A DNA stretch of 63,927 bases, the filler included, from Folioceros fuciformis (Eukaryota): the NCBI GenBank assembly GCA_049999805.1. It is 8 parts of 8 records of this genome, joined end to end, with 100 filler letters (N's around TTAATTAATTAA, not from the genome) between each part and the next. Parts side by side here need not be neighbours in the genome. Positions count along the whole stretch, not along the records: positions 41,410 to 50,122 come from JBNGIO010004109.1; positions 50,223 to 57,600 come from JBNGIO010004111.1; positions 57,701 to 63,927 come from JBNGIO010004113.1; 5 more parts are not named here. One strand, 5' to 3'. Both the position numbers and the translations under genes were made by a program. How positions within the stretch are numbered: position 1 is the stretch's first letter; the number at the start of each line of letters is the position of its first letter. This document shows, piece after piece, positions 49,038-60,785 of the stretch. A model generated the notes under the pieces. That model did not search any database and was not told the DNA's origin. It saw only the letters and a list, made by a program, of their open reading frames with translations.

Positions 49038-49725
49038 CTATACACTTTGGTAAAAAATTATATTACCATATCCATAATTTCCTTCTCCATATTAACTTCA
49101 ATGGACTTTACAACTTCTGATTCCATGTTGAACTTTGGTGAGATCTTGAGTTGATACAACTTCTCCTTATCTTGTTGTAAAGCTTTCCTTTTACACGTTC
49201 TTATGCTACCTTCACTCAAGTTCAACAAACCCATTAAAGGCGGCTCTTAAGAGCCCACTATTAATAACAAGAATACAGGACTTAGGTTACTTCCTACACT
49301 TACCACTTAAATCCAACAAATTAAATAACATCGAATGCCTCCGAATTAAGGTGATGAAGGTGATTGCTGCCCACACCACTCGAAACTTATCTCGCCCACA
49401 CCTCACAACAAGCACGTTGGTGATGGGATTGAAGTACTTCACTGTTGCAATACAAAATACAAAATTGGTTCCAAAGTAATCTGGATTAGTACAGTATCCA
49501 ACATTTCATTACGAGGGGAAAAAAAAAAAAAAAAAATCTTCTTGATAGCCAGCCACCTTGCAAGGAGATTTGGGACATGCTAAAACCTAGGTGCCCAAAA
49601 TTCAAGAGCAAGCTCTCTTTAATGGCATGGCTCACAATCTTCTTCCAAGGTAAGGACTCAACAACTTGGAGCTTGTCTTGCCATATTAACTCCAAAACCA
49701 TGTACCTATTCTTAAATGCCACCAT
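49038..49725 (-). CDS. POP5: RNase P/MRP subunit POP5; exons 49725-49557, 49441-49304, 49209-49038
   Basis: MVAFKNRY...IKESLLLNFG..G...SLQ|VKYFNPIT....VRC.R...VWAAIT...LLDLSG|SIRTCK. Canonical introns keep the frame. Confidence 0.88.
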
Positions 49726-50223
49726 CTTGGCTTTCCTCTAAAGTTTCAAAGTATTTGAAAGATGTTGTGTAAATATTCAATATATATACATCTACTTGAC
49801 TTCTCACATAAATATAAAAATGTCTATATGTAGAAGTGCCTCTATAGATAGGAGATAGATCTATTAAGAATGATGTGCAAAAATAGACTTTCACGATTGA
49901 ATATTATTCATTATTTTTTATTCTATAAATATATAAAATACTCATATATAGTAAGAACTATTATAAGTCAAAATAAATTCACGTCATTAGACCCTAGGGT
50001 AAATAATTTTTCCATCTTATTTTTCTAAAATAAATAAAAAAGCTTCATAAGTAGATACATTTGGTCATCGAGTTCATTAAAAAAACAAAATTGTGAATGT
50101 AAGTGCTGAAAGTAATAAGATGNNNNNNNNNNNNNNNNNNNNNNNNNNNNNNNNNNNNNNNNNNNNTTAATTAATTAANNNNNNNNNNNNNNNNNNNNNN
50201 NNNNNNNNNNNNNNNNNNNNNNG

Positions 50224-50514
50224 AATGTTCAAACATGGTCATCGGATAACACTCTTAACTACCCAAATATGGACTGTCAGTTAACATTGAATTCCAATGG
50301 AGACTTAGTGATTAACAGTGCTAGCAATGCACTTCAAATTTGGTGGCACTCTAGAACTGGGTATGGTTCAATAATGCATAGTTTTTATGTCCTTGCAGTT
50401 TCTGCTCGTGAAATGGTGGCCAAAATTGCAAGATTAGACCATCACACGAAAAAGGTGCTCCAAGTTATATGGACTACTACGTTAGATATTCCTTCTGAAG
50501 AACCCATAAATTGA
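50224..50514 (+). CDS. 5'-truncated bulb-type (GNA/B-lectin)-like domain protein
   Basis: Open frame from the scaffold edge: TWSSDN...CQLTLNSNGDLVI.....WHSRTG, resembling W.S.T...C.L.LQ.DGNLVIY...W.S.T. Confidence 0.55.
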   Translation, partial: NVQTWSSDNTLNYPNMDCQLTLNSNGDLVINSASNALQIWWHSRTGYGSIMHSFYVLAVSAREMVAKIARLDHHTKKVLQVIWTTTLDIPSEEPIN

Positions 50515-51477
50515 GCTTTGAGTTTGAGGTGCAATGCTTATGGGCATAAGTATTTGCAAAGATTTTTGTAATTATTATGAGAATAAATTGATAATAATTT
50601 GGTGATGAGATTTTGTTGGGTTTGATTTTGTTGGGTTTGATTTCGTTGGGTTTTGTTTGTTGAGTGAGCTTAGCACAAGCATGTGTTAAGGAACGTGTGT
50701 TGTTGTGTGTGATGGGTTGTGTAAGAAAGTGTAAAGTGATGTGAAGGAAACTTGGCATCATGGATGTGTACCTCAACATAAGCTACTTCCCCTTTGTGGC
50801 CAGCTTTTGTTGTACTTGAATGAAGTACCTTTTTTTGGTGTCAAACAAAAAGGAACCTATGGGAGGAGTAGGTCAAGTTTCCGAGAAGGAAAAGGTGGTG
50901 AGGAGAAGTAAAAAAAAAAGTGAAGATACAATAAAGAAGGCAAGTAAGTAGGTAAGTAGGAAAAGCAATGTGGTATGGAGATGTGGAAAGGAGGTGCGTG
51001 AGGAAGCAAAAGCGATGTATGTGGAGGGGTTGGGAGTGGGATGGCAGAGCAGGAGGAGGAGCTGAAAACTTGTAAAGCTTGTGTGGCATAGCATTAAAGG
51101 GGGAGAGGGAGAAAAGCTGTTACGAAGGAGAGGTGGAGAGAGGAGAGGAGAGGAGGATACATAGTTGCAGCCGGGGGATCGGGAATCGTGGCTCCTATGA
51201 CTTGGTGGTGGGTTACCTAACCGGGCGGGCTGGCTGGCTGGCTGGCTGGCTGGCTTTGTGGCCCGCCAAGAGGAGGAGAGGGGAGGGAGGAGGACAGAAT
51301 AATGGGGGGACGGGAAAAGGAGGAAGCGGGTAATCGAGTAGAAAAAAGAAAAAATGGGGTAGAAATCCCTAAGTCCTGAATCTGCACGTGAAGCGTGGAA
51401 TAGTGGAGTTACAACGGCAAATTGATTGAAGTCCAAGTGCGGAGGTGAGTACGCTGGAATCGCATTTGCCAGCCAAC

Positions 51478-53003
51478 ATGCCGGGTGCCGTGGACAAGGA
51501 CGCGAAGCACAGCAGAGAGGCAGCAGCAGTTGCTTTACAGCTTTTCAGGAGCATCGGCTTGGACGAGCGCACTGCCCACAACGCCATTTCCAATTCCAAG
51601 CTCTCAGCCCAGCTGAGGCAGGTGATCAGCGAGGTGGGTGTGCACACCCCGCATTGCTGCTGCCGCTTTGGGTGCCGGTGCGAAGCTGGCTGCCCGGCCA
51701 ATGGCAATGCGCCACCCCGAGGCCGCCCCGCTTCCCCCCGTTCTGGTGCCTGATACGTGAGAAGTGTTGGGCGCTGCGGTGCAGGCAGGAGTGGGAGATG
51801 GGTGCGACGGGGCTGTGGGAAATCTGCTGTTTGCGGTACGGCCGACGCCATTCCGGGTGCTGTGAAGGTGGAGTTTGTGGGATGAAGTGGCTGAGTTTGT
51901 TGACGGGGTGTGGCAGGTGGCGACCCAGTATCCTGTGAACGCGCTGCGCCACCGGGGGGCGTTGCTGGAGTATGTCACGAGCTATAAGGTGTGGTGGGTG
52001 CTTCGCCAACCCTTGTGGGCGGGAGCAGGTGGAATTTGGGTTGGAATTCCGGGGCCTCATACGTTGTGGGTGCAGATAAGGAGCGTGTCGCAGCTGGAAG
52101 GCGCGTTTGGGTATTTGGCGTCCGTGGGCTCGGGGGCGTTGGATTACAGGGAGCTGGAGAAGAGGAGCGGTTTAGGTGAGTGGAAGGAGGTGTTGGGTTG
52201 TGCACGGCGCGTTGTGGGTCGTGTTGTGACGGGTGGGTGTGGCTGGGGAATGCGAATTTCAGGAGTGGACGGCTCTGCTGACCGCATCAGGTTGGCTGTG
52301 GAGGAGGTGGTCAGGTTGAATAAGAAGCAGCTTCTGGTTGAGCCTCATCGGATAAACGGTGGGTTTTTCTTGCTCACCTCGGTCTGTGGCGTTCAGTGTC
52401 TGGCTTTCTTGCGAGAGAAGGATTGAGGAAGATTTGTGTCCTGAATGGTATTGGTACTGGTGCTGGGTGCGTTCAAGGCACTTGCACTCAATGCGGTCGT
52501 CTTGCCTCTGTTTCAGTGGGAGCCTTGCTTGGTCAAGCACGGGAGCAAGTGCCATGGGCTGATTTGAAGCAGTTGAAGGTATCGCTTCGCGGGTCCAGGA
52601 ATAGACGTCTGTCTGCTCGGATGTTTGGAAGGAATGTTGGGTTTTCTCTTTTACGCTTGTGGGCTCCCTCCTCCATTCATGTCTCGTGTCTCGTGTCTCC
52701 TGCTTTGCTTTGCTTTGTTTTCCCTCTCCAGGCAGAAATGGATTTCCAGCTCAAACGAGTGCTCGGCGAAAGTACTGCTCTGGACGAGCAGGAGAGTTCA
52801 TTCACCAAGAAGAAGGAAAAGCTAAAAGTTGAGGTACGTTGTGGCTGGCTGCGATAGTCTGGATGGCAGGAGCTTCCCCATTTTGAGCTGCCTCTCCTTG
52901 TGTCGGCCCTCTTCGTAAGGTTTGTTCCATGCCTTGCCGTGGTGCAGGAGCCGACCAAAGGTGCAAAAACTGTCTCCGCTCCTGAGCCAGAAGAGACTGA
53001 CCG
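51478..53003 (+). CDS. Glutaminyl-tRNA synthetase N-terminal appended domain only (8 exons: 51478-51633, 51785-51835, 51917-51988, 52076-52175, 52263-52358, 52517-52578, 52732-52833, 52948-53003)
   Basis: LFRSIGLDERTAHNAISN, GCDGAVGNLL, VAT.YP.NAL.HR..LL.Y, QLEGAF, VG.LLG..R...PWAD and KKKEK match the plant GlnRS N-terminus. All introns are GT-AG and phase-consistent. No catalytic core (RFPPEPNG) in the scaffold. Confidence 0.9.
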
Positions 53004-53140
53004 GTATGCTGTATACATCTCTGAGTGACAAACCGTAGCGCAGCTGTAGCTGTAGTGATTTCTCAGCGTCAGGTTGAGGACTGGAAACTCTTGTTTTTCT
53101 AAGCCTCTCTTTCCTCCTTTTGCCGTCGTCCTTGCCTTAG

Positions 53141-53903
53141 CCGAGGGAGGGAGCTTGGGGAGACAGGGAGGGGGGCGGTGCCAAGCATGCGCGGTTCCAA
53201 GGAAGGTTCCGTGGTGAGCTCGCAAGCCAATCCCAAAGGCCTGCAAAACGGCTTGCAAAGTCCAGGCAGTCCCTTGGATTCACAGATGATGCTTTTGGGA
53301 GTGGACAAGAAGAAGTCCAAGAAGTTTCTAACCATTGTCAGGTCCATCTTCCACGTTTCCATGCCTTCCTTGCCCTGCAAGTGGCTAGCCCTGCCTCCAG
53401 GCCCCTCGGATTCCCCTTCCCTGGGCAGCCGCATCACTGGCACTCTATTTGGGTTTAGGAAAGGCCATGTGCATTTCGTGGTGCAGGAAGATCCCAAATC
53501 CCAACCTGTCCTACTGCTGGAGCTGGCCACACCCACCAGCTCCCTTGTCAAGGAGATGGCCTCGGGGCTGGTCAGGATTGCGTTGGAATGCGAGAGGACT
53601 CCCAACAGGGGAAGGTTGTTCCAGGAACCCATGTGGACTATGTACTGCAACGGAAGGAAGACAGGGTATGCCATCAGACGAGTATGCTCGGAATCGGACC
53701 TCCATATTCTGACTTTGGTCCAAGCTGTGTCAATGGGTGCCGGCGTGCTCCCCATAGACGACGATGGCCCCAATGGCGAGCTCATGTACATGAGAGCTCG
53801 GTTCGAGAGGGTTGTGGGTTCCCGGGATTCTGAGGCTTTCTACATGATGAACCCTGATGGCACTGGTGGGCCAGAGCTCAGTATCTTCTTGTTGAGAATA
53901 TAG
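53141..53903 (+). CDS. MIZ1: MIZU-KUSSEI1-like (DUF617) domain; predicted last exon of a fusion with the GlnRS N-domain (alternative: independent start at ATG 53187)
   Basis: TGTLFGFRKGHVHF.VQEDP...LLELA.PT..LVKEMASGLVRIALEC, WTMYCNGRK.GYA, VSMGAGVLP and GELMYMRARFERVVGSRDSEAFYMMNPDG.GGPELSIFLLR. Confidence 0.93.
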
Positions 53904-55658
53904 ACGACTTGGCCACACCCGGCGGGCGGCCACGACATTTTAACACAGCTGATCATCACTAACTGCAGTCTTGTCGCCATACACGTCCTCCAGATGGTTC
54001 TGACCAGACAACAGAGCTCAGCTCAGCTCAGACCAGCCCAGCCCACTCCACGACAGCGATGGAGCCAACTGGTGGAGTCTGCAGGTTATTTGCTAGCTGG
54101 AGCACAAGTCCTTGTAATTTACGTCGCAGGGGAGAGGAGATGTGCCATATCGTGCAGAGCATTGCACTGAGTTTTTCCAGCAGAGTGTGTGGTTCACGTC
54201 CCTCAAATGTGTGTGTGTGTGTCTCGAGGTACAAGGGTAGCAGGCCAGACGTGTGGAGGAGGAATCTCTGTGTACAGATTAGAAGGGTGGTGATGGCAGT
54301 GTGTCACCCATCTGGAGATGTCAAGAGGCACGCAGTCTGATGGCCCCTCAGCACAGCACGGAGAAGCTGGGTTGCGCCGAATGGATGCCGTATCTGTGGA
54401 AGGATGATGGAAGATAGATGTTCCTCCCCTCCCCCCCCCCCCCNNNNNNNNNNNNNNNNNNNNNNNNNNNNNNNNNNNNNNNNNNNNNNNNNNNNNNNNN
54501 NNNNNNNNNNNNNNNNNNNNNNNNNNNNNNNNNNNNNNNNNNNCCTCCACTCCACTCCTCATTCTCACTCCTTGGCTGTTAGTTGGGCATGGAGACTTCG
54601 GGAAACTATTCATTTGCAGAGAAGACATTGCTGTTAGCATGTAATATTCATGTGACAGTTCTGCTCGGCAGGCAAAGAGCCATGCGTCTCGTGCTTGCTT
54701 GCCAGCTTGCTCCCTCCACTAACTGACTGATCATGGTGACTCATTATTATGCTGTTGCCCAGAGTGGCAGGAGCACCTTTCTCTACACCCTCTTGCTACC
54801 TCAGCAGACCCAGTAGCAGAAAATGCTTGGCACAGGACTCAACAGCTCGTGAAAGTCCCGTTGTTGCCGATAGATTTATGATTCATGCTGGCTTGCTGTC
54901 TTGCTTGCTGGCTGTCACACTAGAAATGCTACACAGGCTGATTCACTGCCTGTCTCATAAATGCCCACGTGTTGCCCGCTACACGACAGACCAATCTTTG
55001 TGGGCACCACAGCTGCACGTTAGGCGGGTAGTAACGTGACACGATAGCCATAGTGTGTAATCAATTCTCTCCTTCCTCTCCTTGGAGGTGAACTGGAAGT
55101 AGGCTTGCCCTTCTTGGGAATCTCCCGTCTCCCGTGTATGTCTCTGGTCCACATCTTGCTTATTATTCGGTGCTCCAAAAAGGAATCACATCACACTGAC
55201 ACATTCTCTCCTGGTCCCGGTCCTTCTCCTGGTCCCGATCCTGGTCCTTACGTTCTCCACAGAAGCGTGGACTACAGGTTGTTTTGTACAGGATTGGCTT
55301 GCATTGGGTTGGGTTCCATCGGAGTTGTGTGAACAAAGCTTGATTGCTGGACCTTTTGGTTACACATAGCTCAAATCACTAAGTGTACATGAACACCTAG
55401 GTGCCATGAAGACAAATCCCAGCCTCGCAAGAAGCTGAAAACATGTCCCGAGGGGACGGAGGGAAAGTGGGGAGATCGATGCAAGTGGGCCGAAAAATGG
55501 AGGCATTTTTGAGGAAGGCCAAGATTATTATCATACATTATGTTTCAATTGAGTTTTAAATTTTTTTAGATCATCCGTATTTAGGGTATGTTCTCCTGAG
55601 CAATAGTACCTAATAATGAAATTCTATCAAGTAATAACAAGTAAGCAGCCCAGAAAGG

Positions 55659-56084
55659 CTAGAGAGTGAGAGGGAGAGTAGGCCGTCTTCTCCTCGTGGC
55701 CAAAGAAGCTTGAATCAAGGTAGAAATGAGTAGTATGTATATCAGATTTTTGCTTTCTACTTGGCGAATATAACGCTCAAGATTCCGTAGACGCGGCTCA
55801 TGAGAGGAAAGGACAGATACGTCGCGTTCAGTCTCGTCTACGCGATTCTTCACCTGGCGCAACCTCCTCTCCAGCAAGATAACACGACCCTCAAGCCCGC
55901 CTAGCACTCGTCCCAAGGCCCGAGTCGCGGTGTCTGCATCTCGTGGCGCCATATTGTCAATTACGCGGAGCCCCAGGCGTTGCACAGTCTGGTTAAGCCG
56001 GTTCAACCTGTTCTGAACGTGGTCTAAATCTGTTCTCACAACATCCCAGGTGAGATGAGCGCGACCGTTGCCGTTAGCTGCCAT
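55659..56084 (-). CDS. Hypothetical coiled-coil protein with C-terminal hydrophobic segment
   Basis: 141-aa ATG-initiated ORF with heptad Leu pattern (LDHVQNRLNRLNQTVQRL; LERRLRQVKNRV). No family recognised. Confidence 0.4.
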   Translation of the reverse strand: MAANGNGRAHLTWDVVRTDLDHVQNRLNRLNQTVQRLGLRVIDNMAPRDADTATRALGRVLGGLEGRVILLERRLRQVKNRVDETERDVSVLSSHEPRLRNLERYIRQVESKNLIYILLISTLIQASLATRRRRPTLPLTL

Positions 56085-56094
56085 CGTAACCAAG

Positions 56095-56640
56095 AAACCC
56101 GGTGCCTTCTTCCACACGGAGGCCCTGCACCAGTCTTTGCCGACACTCAGACTCGGATTCAGCTGCTGCAGACCTCAAACCCTGATCAACAACTCACGCG
56201 GACCGGAAGGCCCTGTCCTTGCGCTGGCGGAAAATGAAGACGCGGCCTATGCTGTTGCAAACCTCAAACCCTGATCAACAACACACGTGGATTGGAACTC
56301 TGTGAGAAGCACTGCCGGGCATGCCTGGCTTCCGCGACGATCAACCGGAAGGTCCTGTGCTTGCGCCTGCAGAAAATAAAGACGAGGTTTATGCTGTTGC
56401 AAACCTGGACCCCTGGTCAACAACACACAGAGTGGAACTCTCAGAGAGGCAGTGCCAGAACCCCGACGCCGTCTTCCACACGGATGGCCCTGGCCCTGAC
56501 CCTGGCTCTGTGCTTGCTCTTGCGGAATTTGACGACGCGAACCTTTTGCAAACCCTGATCAACAACACACATGGACTGAAACTCTGTGAGAGGCACTGCC
56601 GGGCATGCCTGGCTTCAGCTGTTTCACACACTGCCGAAAA
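56095..56640. repeat. Mosaic of dispersed direct repeats (AAACCCTGATCAACAAC..., GAACTCTGTGAG..GCACTGCCGGGCATGCCTGGCTTC, ACCGGAAGG.CCTGT.CTTGCGC)
   Basis: Modules recur near 56177/56266/56550 and 56202/56344. Confidence 0.75.
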
Positions 56641-56907
56641 TCAGCCTTAAAGTTTGCTTCACTCTGTGGAGCATCAAGGACTCTAGAAGGTGCACAGCGC
56701 ACAAATTCAGAAGATGGAAGGCCAATCGTGTGGCACTTAGAATCCGAAAGTCGTGGTAGTGCAGGCGCCGGTCCGCGGAATGCGAGAACACTAGATAAAT
56801 CACATTCGTGTCCGATCTGCTGTCGCGAGATTTCAAATTCTCAGACAAGTGAGCTCATGGTGTCGGGAACAAACATGCGAGTCACCAAACGCTTGTATGT
56901 GTGCGGA

Positions 56908-57600
56908 TATTTATTATTATTTATTTATCATTAGGCGTATGCAGCCGTGAGGCTATGACGCCGAACGTCAATCAAAAATAGATTGAATGGACACTTTGGG
57001 AAAACGCAAAAGAAAGAAGATTAGAGCAAATAAAATAGAAAATCTAGATAGCTATGTCAATAAGCCTAAGTTAAGTAATCACCAATCGCCTTGAAGTAAG
57101 AGAGAAGTTTTTCCCTGAGTTTGGGAACACTAAGAAGTTGGCAGATATCGCAGTAAGAGCCTTGAAACACCTGGATCCAAGTGTTGCGAGTGGCCATACA
57201 CTGGCCAAGGATGTGGTGACGAGTTTCTTCTGAAGACCTGCATTTCCGACAAAATGAATCCTCTGCAATGTTGAATCTCGTAAAGTAAGCCCCAATAGCC
57301 ATATGCCCAGTCCGAAGCTAGGTGAGAATTGATGAGAGCTTACGGTCATGGAGACCAAGGAGTTGTAGCAGCGAGGCCGAAGGGCCACCAAGCACCACCC
57401 TCTTAAGTACAGAAGCCTTAGTTGAGGAAACCCACCGTAAACGCCACTCTTGTAGAATTGCAGCATGAATTTGCTGGCGAGCTCTAGACACTGATAGGAT
57501 CCGATCTTCGCGGGAAATGGGAAGAAGAGTGGCAGCCTTAGCGGTTACATCTGCATGCTCATTACCAACTATATTATGATGGCCCGGAATCCAGTGGAGA
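56908..57600 (-). mobile_element. 3' end of a non-LTR (LINE) retrotransposon
   Basis: C-terminal zinc knuckle FCRKCRSSEETRHHILGQC, followed by a 3' stem-loop and a (TAA/TAAA)n tail at 56908-56933. Confidence 0.75.
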
Positions 57601-57700
57601 NNNNNNNNNNNNNNNNNNNNNNNNNNNNNNNNNNNNNNNNNNNNTTAATTAATTAANNNNNNNNNNNNNNNNNNNNNNNNNNNNNNNNNNNNNNNNNNNN

Positions 57701-57880
57701 GACGAGCGGAGAGGACGTTGAGACGAGCGGAGGAGGAGCGTAGAGACGAGCGGAGAGGACGTTGAGACGAGCGGAGGAGGAGCGTAGAGACGAGCGGAGA
57801 GGACGTTGAGACGAGCGGAGGAGGAGCGTAGAGACGAGCGGAGAGGACGTTGAGACGAGCGGAGGAGGAGCGTAGAGACA
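57701..57880. repeat. 44-bp perfect tandem repeat (GACGAGCGGAGAGGACGTTGAGACGAGCGGAGGAGGAGCGTAGA), at least 4 copies
   Basis: Period 44, built from two related ~21/23-bp subunits. Runs into the scaffold edge. Confidence 0.92.
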
Positions 57881-58889
57881 CGAGAAGAGAGGACGATTAC
57901 CAAGACCGAGTATTATTAATTGCAGCATCGGTCAAAACATGTGAACGGAGATATTACTAGCACCTACATCACACCTACGCCAGTTTTCTTTTGTCTGCTG
58001 AAAAATGGGTTAAATCTGACGATATTGTTATCTCCCTCCTTGGTGGTAAATGTTTGAAGAGGCTGTCTTGATGCAGGCATGTCCTGCTCATATGTAAATG
58101 CTTAAGCGGCTATCTTGCTGCAGGCATGTCCTGCTCATATGTAATTAAACACCGGATTGCCACCAACTACGCTACATAACGTTACAGTCCACCCTCCCTA
58201 AATGTTACTTGTTGGGAGGTAGTGCATTGGGTAATATTTAAGGAGATGTAACAATTAGAAAATTTAAGTATTTATAAAAAATATTTAAATTTATTAAAAA
58301 TATTTAAAACGTAAAATATATTACGATTACTTAACGTTAATTACAAACGGTGCCCTAAGGGCTAGTGTGGTATTAATTCCCTCTTAGAACCTAGTCCTCG
58401 GGTTGTTTGTCTCTAATTTTTTTGAATGTTAAAACTAATCTATGAAGTTCTTCTTAGTCCCATATTTCTTATGTGTTCTTGGTGTTCCACATCATGACAT
58501 TTTGGGAGCATTTGAAGGGGCTAGTACCATTGGATTGTTCCTCCAATCTTTGGAGTAGATGGGACTTTCCATCTCTTTTCCAATAATAGAAAATACTTTG
58601 TTTCTTCATGTTTGATGGAACTGAGTGCTTTTGTTAGCACGTCTGTTGTGTCATCCATTCCGTTGGGCAATAAAGAACTATAAACTTGCCTTCGTCAACT
58701 ACTTGCCTTATAAAGTGGAATTGTACCTCCACATGCTTTGTTCGAGCATGGAACTTTGGATTATACGTAAGTGCGATAGCACTTTGATTATCGCAATAAA
58801 GCGGCCTATGAATACTCTGGAATACTCTAGATCTCGCCTAACTCCGAAAGTTGGAGAAGCTGTTAGAGTCCATCTTTGCATGGATGGGT

Positions 58890-59130
58890 AAAAGAGCAAT
58901 ACTCATCCTTCATTGAACTGAGTGCGACTACTTGCTGCCGCTTACTACTCCAACTCGTTGCCGTTACTTCTAGTAAATATACATAGCTACTTGTGCTCTT
59001 TATATCGTCGATGTTGCCGGCCCAGTTGACGTCGCTAAAGCCTTTAAGTTGCAAAGGCTCTCCTTGCTTGATATGTGATTGGTAAAGAAACCCTAGGTCC
59101 GAGGTTGTGCGCACATCTAGTCCCCTCACC
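58890..59130 (-). mobile_element. Ty1/Copia RNase H fragment
   Basis: GFSDVNWAGNIDDIKSTS.Y...SWSSKRQ..VALSS. Confidence 0.8.
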
Positions 59131-59879
59131 TGGGGATCCCTCCTCCTGCCTGCGATGTGGATCTAAAGAGGAAGCGGGACAAAGAGATGGAGAGGGAAGG
59201 GCAAAAGAGGAAACGAGGACAAGAGGAGAATGAAGGAGGAAGGAGAAAGGGAGGAAGAGAGGGGTGGAAGAGAGGAAGAGAGGAAGAAAGGGATGGGAGC
59301 AGTCACAGCCCCTACCCAAGCTAGGGCACGGCCTCCACGGCCGTTTAGTCTTTTAGGCAATCAACCAAATCTGACATTTGACCCGGACCCTGACATACCC
59401 CATATTTCCGTTCCTAGGTTCAAACAATTATTTAACTATTTAATTATTTAATGATATTTAATTATTTAATACTATATACCTTTAATTAATATAAAACCAA
59501 TCACCAAACCTAGATTCAAACTTTCCCGACCCTATGGTCCTGTACNNNNNNNNNNNNNNNNNNNNNNNNNNNNNNNNNNNNNNNNNNNNNNNNNNNNNNN
59601 NNNNNNNNNNNNNNNNNNNNNNNNNNNNNNNNNNNNNNNNNNNNNAAATTAGGGAAAATAGGTAGAAAAAGAAAACCAAACCATACCACTATTAAGCCTT
59701 TCTCAACCAAAATAAACCACTACCCCAAACTTTGGAGGTTCACAATAGTGTCTCACAGGGGCAAGAACTAAAGATGGTGGTGTTGCGTTCTGGTTGGACA
59801 AATAAAGCTACTCCGATGCAAGAAATCAAGACACAAGCGAATTTGTATCCATCCATTCATAAGAGCAGTGGGCGATTTT

Positions 59880-60785
59880 ACAAGAGTTAGAGTCCAAGAA
59901 GGACGTTGGACTTTGGGGAGTCTAGCCGGGTGGTAAGAAGAATGGACCAAGAACTAGTCCCGAGCAAGAATGATGTGTTCACTAGTAGGCATGGTAGCAT
60001 GTTGTTTGCAGACTTCGAGGAAAAGTTCCGATGGTCGCTAGACAAAATGGTCTTAAAATACAAGTTAGAATTCACGCCGAAGATGGCGCTGAGAAAGATG
60101 AGTACATTTCTAGCTGGAGAAGCACTCATCTGCTATCGAGATTCCACAAAGAAGATCATAGAGAATGCATGAGAGTTGGTCAGGACCAGAAGAATGGGCA
60201 AGTCACTCAAAGAAGATGATGATGAAGCAAGAATTGCAGGACCCTCAGATGGTAACGTGCTTGGTGGATGAGATGTTTCTCTCGTTCGCTGAGATGTTTC
60301 CGGTCTCGTCCATGGAGAAAATCCAAGTTTGTTATCAAGCCAAATGAACCTCTCCGATCAGCGTATCTGAGGCTCTGATAGCTGGTGAAGGACACAAAGG
60401 CAAAAACAATGTGTGAGGCAACACAAATATACATCGCAACCTTGCCCGGTTGACAGCGAAGAGTGATCACCAACTTTCTACACATATTACATGAAGCAGA
60501 TAACGAGCTGGAGGAGGCTTATGAGATGGCTGAACGGGTGATGAAGGGTGATGCAGTCACCAATGCATACTGGGAGGAGCATCACATAGGTAAAGGGCAT
60601 TCTGGAACAACTAGCACCTCGAAGGTCGACGGCAGGAACACATACTGTGAGTAGACACGGTCAGCTTGGCTGAGAAGATTTTCACCCCCAAAGGAGAGAT
60701 CAATCAACAATGTTGTTGTAAGCAAAAATGCCAGCAAATGCCCGAAGTGTATTGGAGCACACTGAGTTAGTGAGTGTGACTACGG
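59880..60785 (+). mobile_element. Degenerate Ty3/Gypsy-like gag
   Basis: FLAGEAL..Y (retrotransposon gag-like) and a broken zinc knuckle CPKCIGAH*VSEC near 60738-60778. Confidence 0.55.

Noticed and set aside
53101-53140. Alternative acceptor at 53103 for the GlnRS-MIZ1 junction
   Set aside because: It leads to an in-frame TAG at 53138-53140; only the 53140 acceptor yields the fusion.
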